Assembly: GCA_951406725.2 (NCBI GenBank)
Contig: OX597832.1
Location: forward strand, 4,464,001-4,528,000
DNA: 64,000 nucleotides
From: Octopus vulgaris
Lineage: Eukaryota
Reading direction: 5' to 3'
In this document: positions 1 through 12,441 of the stretch, piece by piece
Layout of the letters: each line of letters starts with the position of its first letter
Position numbering within the stretch: position 1 is the stretch's first letter
Notes under the pieces: generated by a model
Database searches by the model: none
The model's input: the letters and a program-made list of their open reading frames with translations, nothing else
What the model was told of the DNA's origin: nothing
Program-made: the position numbers and the translations under genes

Positions 1-182
1 TCCACTCATTCTGGTCCTTCAGCAGTCTCTCTCTCTCTCTCTCACACACACACATGCACACACACTAAAGGAAATGTGTTGATTATAGCTGAAAACATTT
101 CTAGCATTTTACTAAATTTACTAAAATGATTCTACAAATTATTTTTAAGTTAGAGGCTTTCCCCGAGTACCAATTGCTTTAA

Positions 183-383
183 CCCTTTAGCATTCACATT
201 ATTCTGTTAAAAGTAATGCTTATTTTATTCAGTTTTGAATTTATCAAGCATTATCTTGTAGCTTTGAGATTTTGATGAGGTAACTACTTAGGTTTAGAAT
301 GACATTGTAGGGTTGGTGTGAGAAGCTAGATCTGGCTGCTTTGAACATAAAACAAGTAGAATATTTTGGCCAATGCTAAAAGT
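183..383. mobile_element. piggyBac-type MITE (CCCTTTAG...CTAAAGGG family), decayed copy
   Basis: Starts TTAA|CCCTTTAGCATTCA; body matches the intact copy at 21850-22068 in the opposite orientation; right end degenerate. Confidence 0.65.
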
Positions 384-1380
384 TTAAAATGAAGTATTGC
401 AATATTCCCTAAATATATATGAAGCACTGAGCTTGAAGTACTCACAGACAAAAGCTTTATATATCTATTTCTCCATATTAGTTTCTTACATATTTTGAAG
501 CTAGTATCTCCTCCTTTTTAAGCAAGAATATTGGTGGAAGTTGGTATGAATGAATCTTCAGTATTAAGGTGTTTTTTATGAAAATAACAATAAACTGAAG
601 CTGAAACTGGTGTTCACAATTAACTAGAAGTTACATACACAAAAGTTTTCCCACGAATAGGAATTATTAAACTAATATTTCACATCACATTAAAGGACAA
701 ATGAATTAATTGTAAACAAGAAAGTATTTCTAACCTTGCTCTAAACAAGTGTTAGATTATGGCTCAGAGAGGGCTACACAGAATTATAACTGGAAGGACA
801 TGATTTAAACTTAACTGGTTCTTAATTTTTGGTATAGTTAGAACCAGGCATGCTCATTCTACCAGAATGTTTATATATTTTTGAGCAGGACGTGGAATAC
901 TTTCTATTTTATAATCTCTTCGCTGTGGTGTCCTACTGTCAAGCTTACATCACCCAATGATTTCTCTTTTTTTTTTTTCCTGGATGCTGACTGTTATATA
1001 AACAGTCTCAGAGAGAATGATCAGAGAATTTAGGTTAAAATCACAATTCTTCAGTTCTTAGATCTCAATGCTATCTCTGAAGTGTTTTAATACCAAAACT
1101 GTTTTGGAGCGAAGTATCATGAAAAATTTTTTTAGTATTTTATACTTTTCAAGTTACATTTATTACCAAATATTAAATGAATTAAATATTTTGATGAAAA
1201 CATTCCTGTATCAATTACCTTTTTAACAACCTGTATTCTGCAGGGAAAGGGAGAGGAAAACAACTTTTATTCTTGCCCCCGAAAAGCAAACAAACTGATA
1301 GCTTATATTAGAAATAAAATAGAAAGAAAACAGCCTTTAAATCCCTTTGAATATGTGTTAAGTCAACATATATAATGATA

Positions 1381-1577
1381 ATCCTTTCTTCTATAGGCAC
1401 AAGGCCTGAAATTTTTTTGTGGAGGAGGGGGCAAGTTCATTACTTATTTTATCAACCCCAAAAGGATGAATGGCAAAGATGACCTTGGCGAAATTTGAAC
1501 TCAGAATATAAGGATGGATGAAAAGCCACTAAGCATTTTGCTCAGCATGCCAACAATTTTGCCAGCTTGCCACCTTA
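1381..1577 (-). mobile_element. tRNA-head SINE family B (CORE-SINE-like)
   Basis: Reverse complement reads AAGGTGGCAAGCTGGCAAAAATTGTTGG...TTCTGAGTTCAAATT (box A/B-like); homologous to the copy at 27941-28150. Confidence 0.7.
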
Positions 1578-2489
1578 ACATATATAATGATAATAAAGAC
1601 ACCTTACACCCACTCTGTGAGTGATTACACTGTAAGAGCAAATGAGCTTTTAGTTAAATTGATTACACACACACAAATAGACAGATAGATACTATACACC
1701 TGCATTGGAATCTAATTATCAAGCCACTAAACTGTATTTATACCACAACTGAAGCCAAACATTAACCACATTACCCCCAACAACTCACTTTATTCATGCA
1801 GCACAGAAAGGATATTGTTTTAAGATCTGCCCTATCTCATAAAAATAGAAAATAAAAAATAAATTAAAGGCTTAATTGTGTCAGGTGTATATTCAAATGC
1901 TTCCTACCCTAGCCTCAAGTTGAACAAAGCCCAGTGACTAAATTTATTTAATAGAGAGAGACTATGTAGAAGCACATCATGTAGGAGGGGGGGTACACTT
2001 GTGTGGTAAGGGTGCATCCAATAAAAACAGCCTGTGATAAGCCTGCACCTCTTCTTACATCTGGTTGACATTTTTTTTTGTCCTCTTTTGAAACTGATAA
2101 AATAAGTACTATCTTAGATGGTGAAGAGGTCAAATGAATCAACTAAAAAAAACTTGACGATGACATTCCAGTATGACCACAATCAAATAAGTGAAAACAG
2201 TAAAAGAATAAAGCAATTAATTAATGAAAGAACTGGTGTTGGTCAATCCTTTGGTTATTTCAAGTAGCCATACCCAACCTAAATATTCTACCTGTTTTAT
2301 GTTCAAATCAGCCAGATCAAGCTTCTCACACCTACTCTACAATGTCATTCTAAAAATAAACAGATACCTCATCAAAATCTCAAAGCTATGAGATAATGCA
2401 TGATTAAATTCAAAACAGTGTGAATAAAAAAGCATTTTAGCAGAAAAATCTGAATGCTAAAGATTAAAGGCAGTAAGCTAAACAATTAA

Positions 2490-2924
2490 CCCTTTAGCAT
2501 TTAAACTGACTATATCTGGCCCAAATTTTCCACCTGCTTTATGCTCAAACTGGCTAGATCTGGTCTCTCACATCTACCCAGCAATGTCATTCTAAAAATA
2601 AACAATTGCTTCATCAAAATCTCAAAGTTACAAGATAACACATAATTAATTCAAACTAATGTGAATAAAAAGGCATATGAGGGGATGCTGAAAAGTTCCT
2701 AGCTTTGGGATAAAGAAAATACAGGAGGATCAGTTAGTTATGATTTTATTCAACATGTTCCCTTCTCAGATTCATACACTTATTACAGCAGTCCTTTAGT
2801 TATTCTGAGCCCTATAAAAGAACTTGAAAGGTTGGGTCTCCAACCAGGCATTTTGCAACACCCTTAAAGCTTGGACTTTACAGTACCCCTTCGTACACAT
2901 GAGAGTAATCTGAATGCTAATGGG
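2490..2924. mobile_element. piggyBac-type MITE interrupted by a mariner MITE
   Basis: TTAA|CCCTTTAGCATT ... AATGCTAATGGG|TTAA. A partial copy precedes it at ~2270-2465. Confidence 0.75.
2678..2893 (-). mobile_element. mariner-derived MITE
   Basis: TA|TGAGGGGATGCTGAAAAGTTCC ... GGACTTTACAGTACCCCTTCG|TA; reverse-orientation homolog of 45947-46163. Confidence 0.75.
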
Positions 2925-2997
2925 TTAACTTATTAAACATCAGATTAGTTATATACAGACATGAGAATTTCTTTTTTAAAATTTATGAATATTTATA

Positions 2998-3413
2998 GGC
3001 ATAGGAGTGGCTGTGTGGTAAGTAGCTTGCTTACCAACCACATGGTTTTGGGTTTAGTCCAACTGTGTGGCACCTTGGGCAAGTGTCTTCTACTATAGCC
3101 TCGGGTCGACCAAAGACTTGTGAGTGGATTTGGTAGACGGAAACTGAAAGAAGCCGGTCGTATATATATAAATATATATATATGTATGTATGTATGTGTG
3201 TGTGTATATGCTTGTGTGTCTGTGTTTGTCCCCGCAACATCACCTGACAACAGATGCTGGTGTGTTTACGTCCCCATAACTTAGCGGTTTGGCAAAAGAG
3301 ACCAATAGAATAAGTACTAGGCTTACAAAGAATAAGTCCTGGGGTTGATTTGCTCGACTAAAAGCGGTGCTCTAGCATGGCCACAGTCAATTGACTGAAA
3401 AGAGTAAAAGAGT
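2998..3413 (+). mobile_element. tRNA-head SINE family A (octopus OK/OR-like), full length
   Basis: GGCATAGGAGTGGCTGTGTGGTAAG box A-like head, GGGTTTAGTCC box B-like, central (TA)/(TG) tract, tail GACTGAAAAGAGTAAAAGAG; more than ten homologs in this window. Confidence 0.85.
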
Positions 3414-3579
3414 ATTACATCCATTTTTTAAAAATATTTACTCTTCAATCTTTTATTAGTTGTAGTCATTGGACAAGAGTCTTGCTGGGACACAACCATC
3501 ACAAGTCTAGTTCAGTAGTTCTTGTTGCTCAAGTTTATCTGCAATAGCTTATATTTCTACAATACAAAATATGTTTTAA

Positions 3580-3792
3580 CCCTTTTGATACTAACCCACC
3601 TGAGACCACCCCAGGTGCTTTGACATAAACTTGCTATTTTAAAGTGGTCTAAATTATAATCTTCCATCAAAATTTTATGCTAATTTTTTCCAGATCCCAA
3701 CTTAATAAGAAATTTTACTAAATACTTCATTATTTTAAAAATTAACTGAAACAAAGGCAGCATATGTTGACAAAAATATGCTAACAAAAGGG
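3580..3792. mobile_element. piggyBac-type MITE, second family
   Basis: TTAA|CCCTTTTGATAC ... CTAACAAAAGGG|TTAT terminal inverted ends. Confidence 0.55.
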
Positions 3793-3794
3793 TT

Positions 3795-4171
3795 ATTCTT
3801 TTACTTGTTTCAGCCATTTAATTGCAGTCATGCTGGAGCACCACCTTTAGTCAAGCAAATTGATCTCAGGACTTATTCTTTGTAAGCCGAGTACTTATTC
3901 TATCAGTCTCTTTTGATGAACTGCTAAGTTATGGGAACATAAACACACCAACATTGGTTGTCAAGTGATAGTGGGAGGACAAACACAGACACACAAACAT
4001 ATACATATATATATCTATAGGACGGGCTTCTTTCAGTTTCCATCTACCAAATCCACTCACAAGGTTTTGGCTGGCCTGAGGCTATAGTAGAAGACACTTG
4101 CCCAAGGTGCCACGCAGTGGGACTGAACCCGGAACCATGAGGTTGGAAAGCAAGCTTCTTATCACAAACCA
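3795..4171 (-). mobile_element. SINE family A
   Basis: Reverse complement of the 2998-3413 sequence; 5' tip missing. Confidence 0.85.
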
Positions 4172-4725
4172 TAACAAATATTTTAATACAATTTCTAATG
4201 ATATCTAATTATAAAAATATAATAGGATTTTTTTAATATTGACTGGCTAACAGGGTCAATCCAAGTAAAATAGGAATTAAATTGGTCCATAAGTTTAGAA
4301 TGGTTAAGAAACTCCATTTCTTATTTCTGCTGGGAACCTGTTTTTCCTATGGTTCTGACATAAAGGATCCTAACTTGACACTAGTAACCATAAACACAGA
4401 TATGAACATACAACACACACACACACACACACACTGTCACTTATATCATTTTGCTGTTTTAGAGTTTCTGCTCCCAAAGACAAGCAGCTGCAAAGCAGTT
4501 TGCAGAGTCCACATCTTGTTGAGTTATCAACTGAACTATAACAGTGTAGACCAATCGTGGGCAAGCTGTGGTCCACAGGATTTTCTGACTGATACACCTA
4601 ATGAAAAAATTACCTTAAGTGTTTTTAGCAGTGTGATCCACCAGATGATGACCAATGACTCATATGGTCTGCTTCATAAAAAAGGTTGTTCATGCCTAGT
4701 GTAGACTTTAATACATAATCTTGTA

Positions 4726-5082
4726 TCTTTTATTTGTTTCAGTCATTTGACGGCAGATATGCTGGGGCACCACCTTGATGAATTCTAGTCAAGCAAGTCA
4801 ACCCCACTACTTTATTATCTTTTTATAAAGCCTGGTATTTATTCTATCAATCGTTTTTGCTGAACTGTTAAGTTACATAGATGTAAACACACCAACACCA
4901 GTTGTCAAATAGTGATGAGGGACAAATACACACACAACAGGTTTCTTTCAGTTTCCTGTCTCCCAAATCCATTGACAAGGCTGTGGTCAGTCAAAGGCTT
5001 TAGTAAAAGACACTTGCCCAAAGTATCACAGTGGAACTGAACCCAGAACCATGTGGTAGGGAGGCAAACCTCTTACCACACA
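4726..5082 (-). mobile_element. SINE family A, diverged
   Basis: Same tail, body and head motifs in reverse orientation. Confidence 0.75.
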
Positions 5083-6296
5083 GCTTTCTTTTAGTAAAAG
5101 ATAAATACTCTACACTAATTAATAAGCAGCTTTCATCATTGCAGTAAAGATTACATATCATAGTTTTGTCTGTCCCCTCCATTCTTCTACACAAAAAAGA
5201 ACAAAATCAAAACCCTCATTCCACTATCATTAGACAGGTTGCTCTCACCCCTTGCTAAAGACCAAGAGGCTGTTTAGCAAAGGTTTTACAGCTGGATTCC
5301 ATGTCCTATGGACAAAAGGTAGTAGGGGGCTCGACAGCTAAGGTTTGACTGTGGAGATGGTGGTAATGGGAGAGTAGAGAACCCAACCAAAAAGGTGACA
5401 TAATCTCAGCTCATGCTCAAATCACAGCAAGTAAAATAATAATAGCATTACGAAGTTTGAAACAAAAAAAAAAAAGACAATGAAAATAAACAATAATAAT
5501 AATGAGAGAAAGAAATGTTAATCTTATTTTGTCACATGCAAGCTTTTCTTGTACTAACACCTTGTGTTTCCCTGGAGTGTTATGTCTATCATCAGGCCCT
5601 ATGCTTACCACTTATATAATGTAAATATGTAAATAGAGAAAGTGAGCAAATTCAACAAAAGGCCTGACATGGTTCTTGTTCTTTGCTCGAGTTATTGATA
5701 TTAAAACAATAGCATTAAAGATTTAGTAAAAGATTTACGAAAAGAAAAAAAGAACCTGTTGACAAAAATAATTAGAGAAAGAAATAGTAATCTTGCGTTT
5801 ATGCTAGATTTATCCTTTCCATATATATGTGTGTGTGTGTGTGTGTGTATACATGTACACACACATATGTATGTGCGTGAACATATGTGTATATATATAT
5901 AGAAACAGGTATGTGTACAAATGAAAGAAAATAGCACACACCACATGTGGTGGGAGTCACAAGTATTTATTAATAGGTTGATACAGCCCAAAATTACTTG
6001 CAGTTTCATGTCTATATACATACTTACATACACACACACACACACATCTTTCTCTCCATCATACAAATGTGTGTGTGTATGTTTATTATAACAACAAATG
6101 ACAGCCTACTCAAGTTTCACCTGTGGCTGATTGCAACTGTGGTAGGCGGCAGTTGTTAAGTGTATTCCAGAATTTAAAGTATCAAGAATCAGTGCAATGT
6201 ACTTTGTTCTTGAAACTAGTAAGAGTGCGTATGTATACGGGTATTTAGGTATACAAGTGTACATATTCTTTGAGGTATGGATAGGCATGGGCATAA

Positions 6297-6324
6297 ATAT
6301 ATATATGTATATATATATATATAT

Positions 6325-6379
<55 letters not shown>

Positions 6380-6508
6380 CGTAAGTGTTTATGAGATTAT
6401 ATACAAATATCAATAATATTAATACCCTAACTTTTCGTTTTTGTAGTACCTGTTGTGTGCGTCACACTTCAAAGAAGTGGCAAAGCGAGAGAGGAGGACA
6501 GAGAGGAA

Positions 6509-6573
<65 letters not shown>
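6297..6573. repeat. microsatellite cluster (TA)n(GATA)n and (GA)n
   Basis: Directly visible tandem repeats at ~6297-6378 and ~6513-6573. Confidence 0.95.
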
Positions 6574-6577
<4 letters not shown>

Positions 6578-6940
6578 TGAGTGGTGACGATGTTCGTTTT
6601 GTGTTTTTAAATGTTTATCACATTGCAAGAGAAGTAGATACATAGATACATATACACGTCGTTAAATCAAAAGTGGGAGAGAAGAGGGACACAAAGGAAG
6701 TGAAAGAGAAAGAAAGAAAGTGAGAGGCACAGTGGATACATAAATCCAAAGTAAAGTTCATACATAGATATATACACACAGCAAATATTGAATGTCAATT
6801 TCACTTTTCACATGAAGAGAAAATTAACTCACAAATGGCTGAGTACTCCACAAACATGCATAACATTAACTTAGTCCTCAGGTAGATTCAGCCTCACATA
6901 AAATACAAGGCTGGCTCCTTTGAACTACAGCTACACCTCG

Positions 6941-6987
<47 letters not shown>

Positions 6988-7286
6988 TGTATTTGCATAG
7001 TTAAAACGTTTGCAATGTGTGTGTTAGTTAAAACATGTTTGTAATAATAAGTGTCGCGTGGTGGAAATAAACGCAATTACCAAACTTTCATTCAGAAATC
7101 CATTTATTATTTCATTCTTTTGCATTTCAATTTGTACATTAAGGTTCTTTGAATATGTACGATGTATTTTAACGTTAAATAGTAATTCCATTTACGTTTG
7201 TGTAACTGAGATATTTTGGTTGGATTATATAGTCATTGGTGTTACATTACTTTCTATATTCTGTAACTATCACGATATACATTTTT

Positions 7287-7866
7287 AGGCCTGAATTTTT
7301 TGTGGGGAGGGGGCCAGTTGATTAGATTGACCCCAGTACACAACTGATGCTTAATTTATCAACCCCAAAAGGCAAAGTTGATCTCGGCAGAATTTGAACT
7401 CAGAACGTAGAGACAGATGGTCATAATATACAAGCATTTCTCATGGCACCAGTACACTATTTACAGTTTCTTACATTTTTTTATGTTTACCACAGATTTT
7501 TCATGGGTCCAGCTGTGTATGAAGAAGCTTGCTACCCAACTCCATGGTTCCAGGCTCAATCCCACTACATATCCCACTACATGGCACCATGGGCAAGTGT
7601 TTTCTACTATAGCCCAAGGCTGGAAACTGAAAGAAGCCTGCCATATATATGTGTTTGTATATCTGAGTGTCATTATATGTGTTTGTCTTCCCACCATCAT
7701 CATTTGACAAACAGTGTTGGTTTGTTTATGTCCTGGCAAAATAGAATAAGTACCAAGCTTAGAAAGAGAAAAGAAAAAGTCCTGGGGTTGATTTGTCTGA
7801 CTAAACCCTTTGAGGCAGTGCCCCAGCATGGCTGCAGTCCAATGACTGAAACAAGTAAAAGATAAA
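7287..7866. mobile_element. SINE family B fragment (-, ~7287-7445) followed by SINE family A (+, ~7507-7866)
   Basis: Homology to the other copies in the window. Confidence 0.7.
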
Positions 7867-9012
7867 AATGATAGGTGTAGCCTGCTCACCTAGCAGACAG
7901 AAACTAAAAGAAGCTCATCCTGTGTGTGCGTATCTATGCTTGTTCTCCACCACCACTTGACAATCAGTGTTGGTATGTTTACATCCCAGTAAAAGAGACC
8001 AATAGAATAAGTACCAGACTTTAAAAAATAAAACTAAAAACTATTCAGTGTAGTGCCCCAGCATGGCTGCAGCCCAATGGTCATTAGGATATATATATCA
8101 AATTACATTCTCCTTGTTTGTAATTGCAAAAACTCTATGGACACCTGTGGATTTTCAGGCATCCGTTTGATAAAGCTTGAAATGACAAGTATTGAAAGAG
8201 ATTTTTTATTTGAGTGACTGGATAATCTGTGACTAAGTACTTTGCAGATAGTGAGCTTATGTTTTAAAGGCATGTACTATTATGTATAAGGGTACCTGCC
8301 AAAGCACAAGTGATTATACACCTAAACCTAAATTTGGCTTTGGGGAAATTTGAACATATGTTTCACAGGTGTCCTCAAAATTCTAATCTGAAGTATAGAT
8401 GCTACATATTGTTGCATCGGTATATGTTTTCAGGAAAATACTGGTATATGGCGGTGCCCCAGCATGGCCACAGCTTGTGAGCTGAAACTAGATAAAAAAA
8501 AAAAAAAATGTGTGAAAATATATGTATGTATATGTGGTTGTTTGTATGTGTATGGTAGGTGTGAGATGCTGGCTCTGGTTGATTTGAACATGAAACTGGT
8601 AAAATATTTGGGCCATGTATGACTGGTTTAAATGCTAAAGCATTACATATTAAAATTAACATGATTTTTTGGATGTTGTCTCAAATTAGATGTTTATAAT
8701 TTACCTAAAATTTTGCTGTATCAAATCGTTAACTAATTCAAATAATAATAATAAAGGGAAATAGAATCAGTGTGTGTTAGTTACTGGTATAATGACCCTC
8801 CCAAGATACAACAAAATGTGTTAACACAAGTTCACAACAATCTTGCAAACTAAATACAAAAACAAAGTAACTTAAATGGTTTTCTCTCTCTCTCACTTCA
8901 TAACTACTTGTTGCTTTTAAAATAAAAGTACATTTTATCTTCCTTGAAGTAAAGAGTATTTTGATTTCTTTTCAGTATTTCAAGTAAACCATGATGTTTA
9001 TTTGATATATCT

Positions 9013-9241
9013 TTAATCCTTTAAGTATTCAGATTACTCTGTCAAATGTAATGCTTATTTATTCACATTGTTTTGAATTTATCATGCATATTAGCTCTTA
9101 GCTTCAAAATTTCGATAATGCTATTGTTTACTTTTAAAATGACAGTGTAGCATAGGTGTGAGAGGCCCGATCTAGCCAGTTTGAATGAAAAACTGGTAAA
9201 ATGTTTGGGCTGGATACAGCCAGTTTAAATGCTAAAGGGTT
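9013..9241. mobile_element. piggyBac-type MITE copy
   Basis: TTAATCCTTTAAGTATTCAGATT ... AAATGCTAAAGGGTT. Confidence 0.7.
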
Positions 9242-9546
9242 ATACTTGATAGATACTTTTCACATGATATATTTTCACACTTGGAGTCTTGATACTGTTG
9301 ACCAATCTGCTAGAAAATGGGGCAAAATCTATTTTAAACAACATTAATATACAAATGCTCTGATAAAATCCCAATACTCTAATATTAAACAATAACACAA
9401 AGTGAGACAACATTACATAAAGTTCAAGTGAGCAGACAGGAAGTACATGTTGCAGTGAATGCCACCATTCGATTCATTGAAACAAAAAGACAGCCTCCTC
9501 AAAAAACTACAAAACGGACAATAAATATTCAATTTTTATGAAGATA

Positions 9547-9713
9547 GGCACAGGAGTGGCTATGTGGTAAGTAGCTTGCTAACCAACCACATGGTTCCGG
9601 GTTCAGTCCCACTGCGTGGCATCTTGGGCAAGTGTCTTCTGCTATAGCCCCGGGCCGACCAATGCCTTGTGAGTGGATTTGGTAGACGGAAACTGAAAGA
9701 AGCCTGTCGTATA
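9547..9713 (+). mobile_element. SINE family A, 5' half (split by insertion)
   Basis: Head through GAAAGAAGCCTGTCGTATA; the matching 3' half resumes at 11577. Confidence 0.85.
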
Positions 9714-10094
9714 TCTCTTATTATAAAAGGCAGATTTTATCTGCCTCCCTTTGGGAGTTATACAAATCTACAATATAGGATTTCTTCAATTACAATTTAC
9801 CTAGCATTTTTAAGAGTACAATGCATCGCGTCATGCCAGGTCAGTTTTTAAAATTTAAACTCCAATTAAGCAAAATTTACAGAAAACTCACATTCTGGTG
9901 TGTGTGTCAAATGCTTTTCTTAGTCTGGTTTACACCACACGCAAACGCACACACACAGTGGGCAACGAATAAAATGAAAGTAATTGACTTACTGTAGTGA
10001 GTGATTCTTTCACTCTGCCTCCCACTTCCTCTTTCCACACATAGACACACAAATATATAAATAAAATTGTAAGCTAACGTGCGTGTGTGTGAGG

Positions 10095-10131
<37 letters not shown>

Positions 10132-10190
10132 AGTGTGTGACAGGAAAGTTTTTTACGACGAATATAACACCTATATCCAAGTAGCAGAAA

Positions 10191-10456
10191 GATAAGACAG
10201 TAAGGTGTGATTTGAGGGAGATTTGGCTGCTATTTCTACCATGTCTAGCTGCCATGTAGGGGTCTCCCTCATAGGCTCATACATACATATATACATAGAT
10301 AAGACAGTAAGGTGTGATTTGGGGGAAATTTGGCTGCTATTTCTACCAGGTCTAGCTACCATGTAGAGGTCCCCCTCATTGGCTCATATATATATACATA
10401 CATAAGACAGTAAGGTGTGATTTGAGGGAGATTTGGCTGCTGTTTCTACCAGGTCT
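10191..10456. repeat. tandem ~105-bp repeat, about 2.5 units
   Basis: ATAAGACAGTAAGGTGTGATTTGRGGGARATTTGGCTGCT occurs three times; related dispersed copies at ~33225, ~33415 and ~40080. Confidence 0.85.
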
Positions 10457-10767
10457 GTTAGGCCTTCTCATGTAAACTCAAGCTTTCTCATTCCTTGAAC
10501 ATAACACCAAAGCAGAGAATGTATTCTTTTATTCTTCTGCTTTTTCCAGCCATTGGTCTGTGGCCATGCTGGGGCAATGCCTTGAAGAATTGTAGTTTAA
10601 TGAATCAACTCCACTTTTATTTTTGTAAGCATTGTACTTATTCTATCTGTTTCCTTTGTCAAACCACTAGGTGACAGGGATGTAAACAAACCAACATTCG
10701 TTGTCAAGCAGTGGTGGAGGACAATCACAAGCACAGACACGCACACACACACATGCATACACATATA

Positions 10768-11026
10768 TTGCAGCGTGGAAGGTGTTTGTAAGCCATTTAA
10801 GAAACACACAAAAACCGTTACATTCACTTCAACATTTAAATTTAATTTGCCAAAATATTTTCGTCGCTTTGAGACCGCCACCTGTTCACTGACAAAAATA
10901 TCGTGCTAACAGGTCGCGGTCTCAAAGCGATGAAAATATTTTGACAAATTAAATTTAAATGTTGAAGTGAATCTAACGGTTTTTGTGTGTTTCTTAAATG
11001 GCTTATAAACACCTTCAACGCTGCAA
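10768..11026. repeat. long inverted repeat (119-bp arms, 21-nt spacer), Penelope pseudo-LTR-like
   Basis: 10768-10886 is the reverse complement of 10908-11026 with few mismatches. Confidence 0.9.
10846..10896 (-). ncRNA. minimal type I hammerhead ribozyme-like motif, G3:C8 variant
   Basis: UUUGUCA-GUGAACA-G-GUGGC(GGUCUCAAA)GCGAC-GAAA-AUAU-UU-UGGCAAA. Confidence 0.5.
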
Positions 11027-11576
11027 CTGTTTTCGTTCCAGCACACGATCTCAGATCAAGTCACTTGCTATGCAAGTACATCTCTGTAACTATATATATA
11101 TTTATATATATATGTATATTGGTAAAAACAGTAAGATAACAAAAGAAAGAAAGAGACCTCAATATTATGTAAATAGAGGAAATCTTTATATATAAAAGTG
11201 AGGTTGTGTGTCTGTCTCCTACGATTTAGATTCCTAACTACTCCCACATTTTGCGGTGCAGTTTAACCAAAACCGGGTATCTTATAGTCGTGATTCATAT
11301 CGAGACCGTCTGGGTATTAGCGCGCGTCTACGATGAGTCTACGATTTAAAAAAAAATTTACCATCAATTTTTCCCATTTTTAATCCATTTTTGACATATA
11401 TAAGGGAAGTAACTCTCTAAAATTTATTATTAAATCTCAGAACGTAAAAAGCTACAGTAACACCCCTCCCCTTTGTGGTTAGCCATATTGAGATGGCTAT
11501 TATACTTTACATCTCTAAAAATGCTTATATAATTATTTCCCTTACAAACCCGAGCAACGCCGGGCGATACTGCTAG

Positions 11577-11807
11577 TATATATATATAAGTGTGTGTGTA
11601 TATGTTTGTGTGTCTGTGTTTGTCCCCCTAGCATTGCTTGACAACCGATGCTGGTGTGTTCACGTCCCCGTCACTTAGCGGTTCGGCAAAAGAGCCCGAT
11701 AGAATAAGTACTGGGCTTACAGAGAATAAGTCCCGGGGTCGATTTGCTCGACTAAAGGCGGTGCTCCAGTATGGCCGCAGTCAAATGACTGAAACAAGTA
11801 AAAGAGT
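11577..11807 (+). mobile_element. SINE family A, 3' half
   Basis: Continues the 9547-9713 half; CpG-intact; ends GAAACAAGTAAAAGAG. Confidence 0.85.
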
Positions 11808-11890
11808 AATATATTCAAATTGCAATTATTAATATGGAAAATTTTGGCAATATAGAAATACAGGACTGTGTTCTCCTGTCAATTATTATA

Positions 11891-11934
<44 letters not shown>

Positions 11935-11992
11935 TATATCTAACTTAATGCATAACATAGAGTAAAACAGAAGAATTAAAATGAATTTAAAT

Positions 11993-12439
11993 ATTAGGAA
12001 GCCTCAGTGTGGGTGAAATAAAAATGAAAATACATCTTTTTTAAGCAACAGATGTGCAGAAAAAGTGGGAGGATTTCCTGATGGACCACTTTACAGTTTG
12101 TTTACCACACCTCAGAAAATGTACCTGGCTTCCTTATCTATTCAGGAGCAACGGTCAGCTGCAATACATGCTGATTTAGAGAAATAGATACTATTCAAAT
12201 AAGAATGAGCTGTGGAAAGCACAAAATAAGATATTCATTCATTTGCTAGCCTGATATATGATCCCCCTTCATAACATCTGAAGCTATGCTATTGATTGGA
12301 AAAGGAAATCAGGTACATATTCTCAGAAAAACAGTCCATCAGGAAACTATTTCCTTCTTTGTTCTGCACACCAATTGCAAAATAATAAAAAAAAGGTTGT
12401 GTTTAAATTTTTATTACATCCAAAGTGAGGCGTTCTAAT
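11993..12439. mobile_element. old palindromic MITE with long imperfect TIRs
   Basis: TATTAGGAAGCCTCA ... TGAGGCGTTCTAATA, with internal inverted pairs TGTGCAGAA/TTCTGCACA, TTTCCTGATGGAC/GTCCATCAGGAAA, TGTACCTG/CAGGTACA. Confidence 0.65.
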
Positions 12440-12441
12440 AA

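Larger units (their letters stand above)
9714..11576 (+). mobile_element. composite non-autonomous Helitron
   Basis: A|TCTCTTATTATAAAAGG 5' end; second 5'-type end TCTTTATATATAAAAG at 11183; 3' hairpin CCCG-AGCAACGC-CGGG (11549-11564) then CTAG|T; no target duplication. Confidence 0.7.

Noticed and set aside
2993-3250. ORFs recurring with similar peptides (e.g. YSRRHLPKVP, AIVEDTCPRCH)
   Set aside because: Chance translations of the SINE family A body, not a gene family.
4282-4704. 140-aa ORF with a hydrophobic N-terminus
   Set aside because: Runs through a (CA)n tract and has no recognisable domain.
10191-10456. Repeat-spacer-like array (CRISPR-like)
   Set aside because: Whole units are duplicated with no unique spacers; eukaryotic context and no cas genes.
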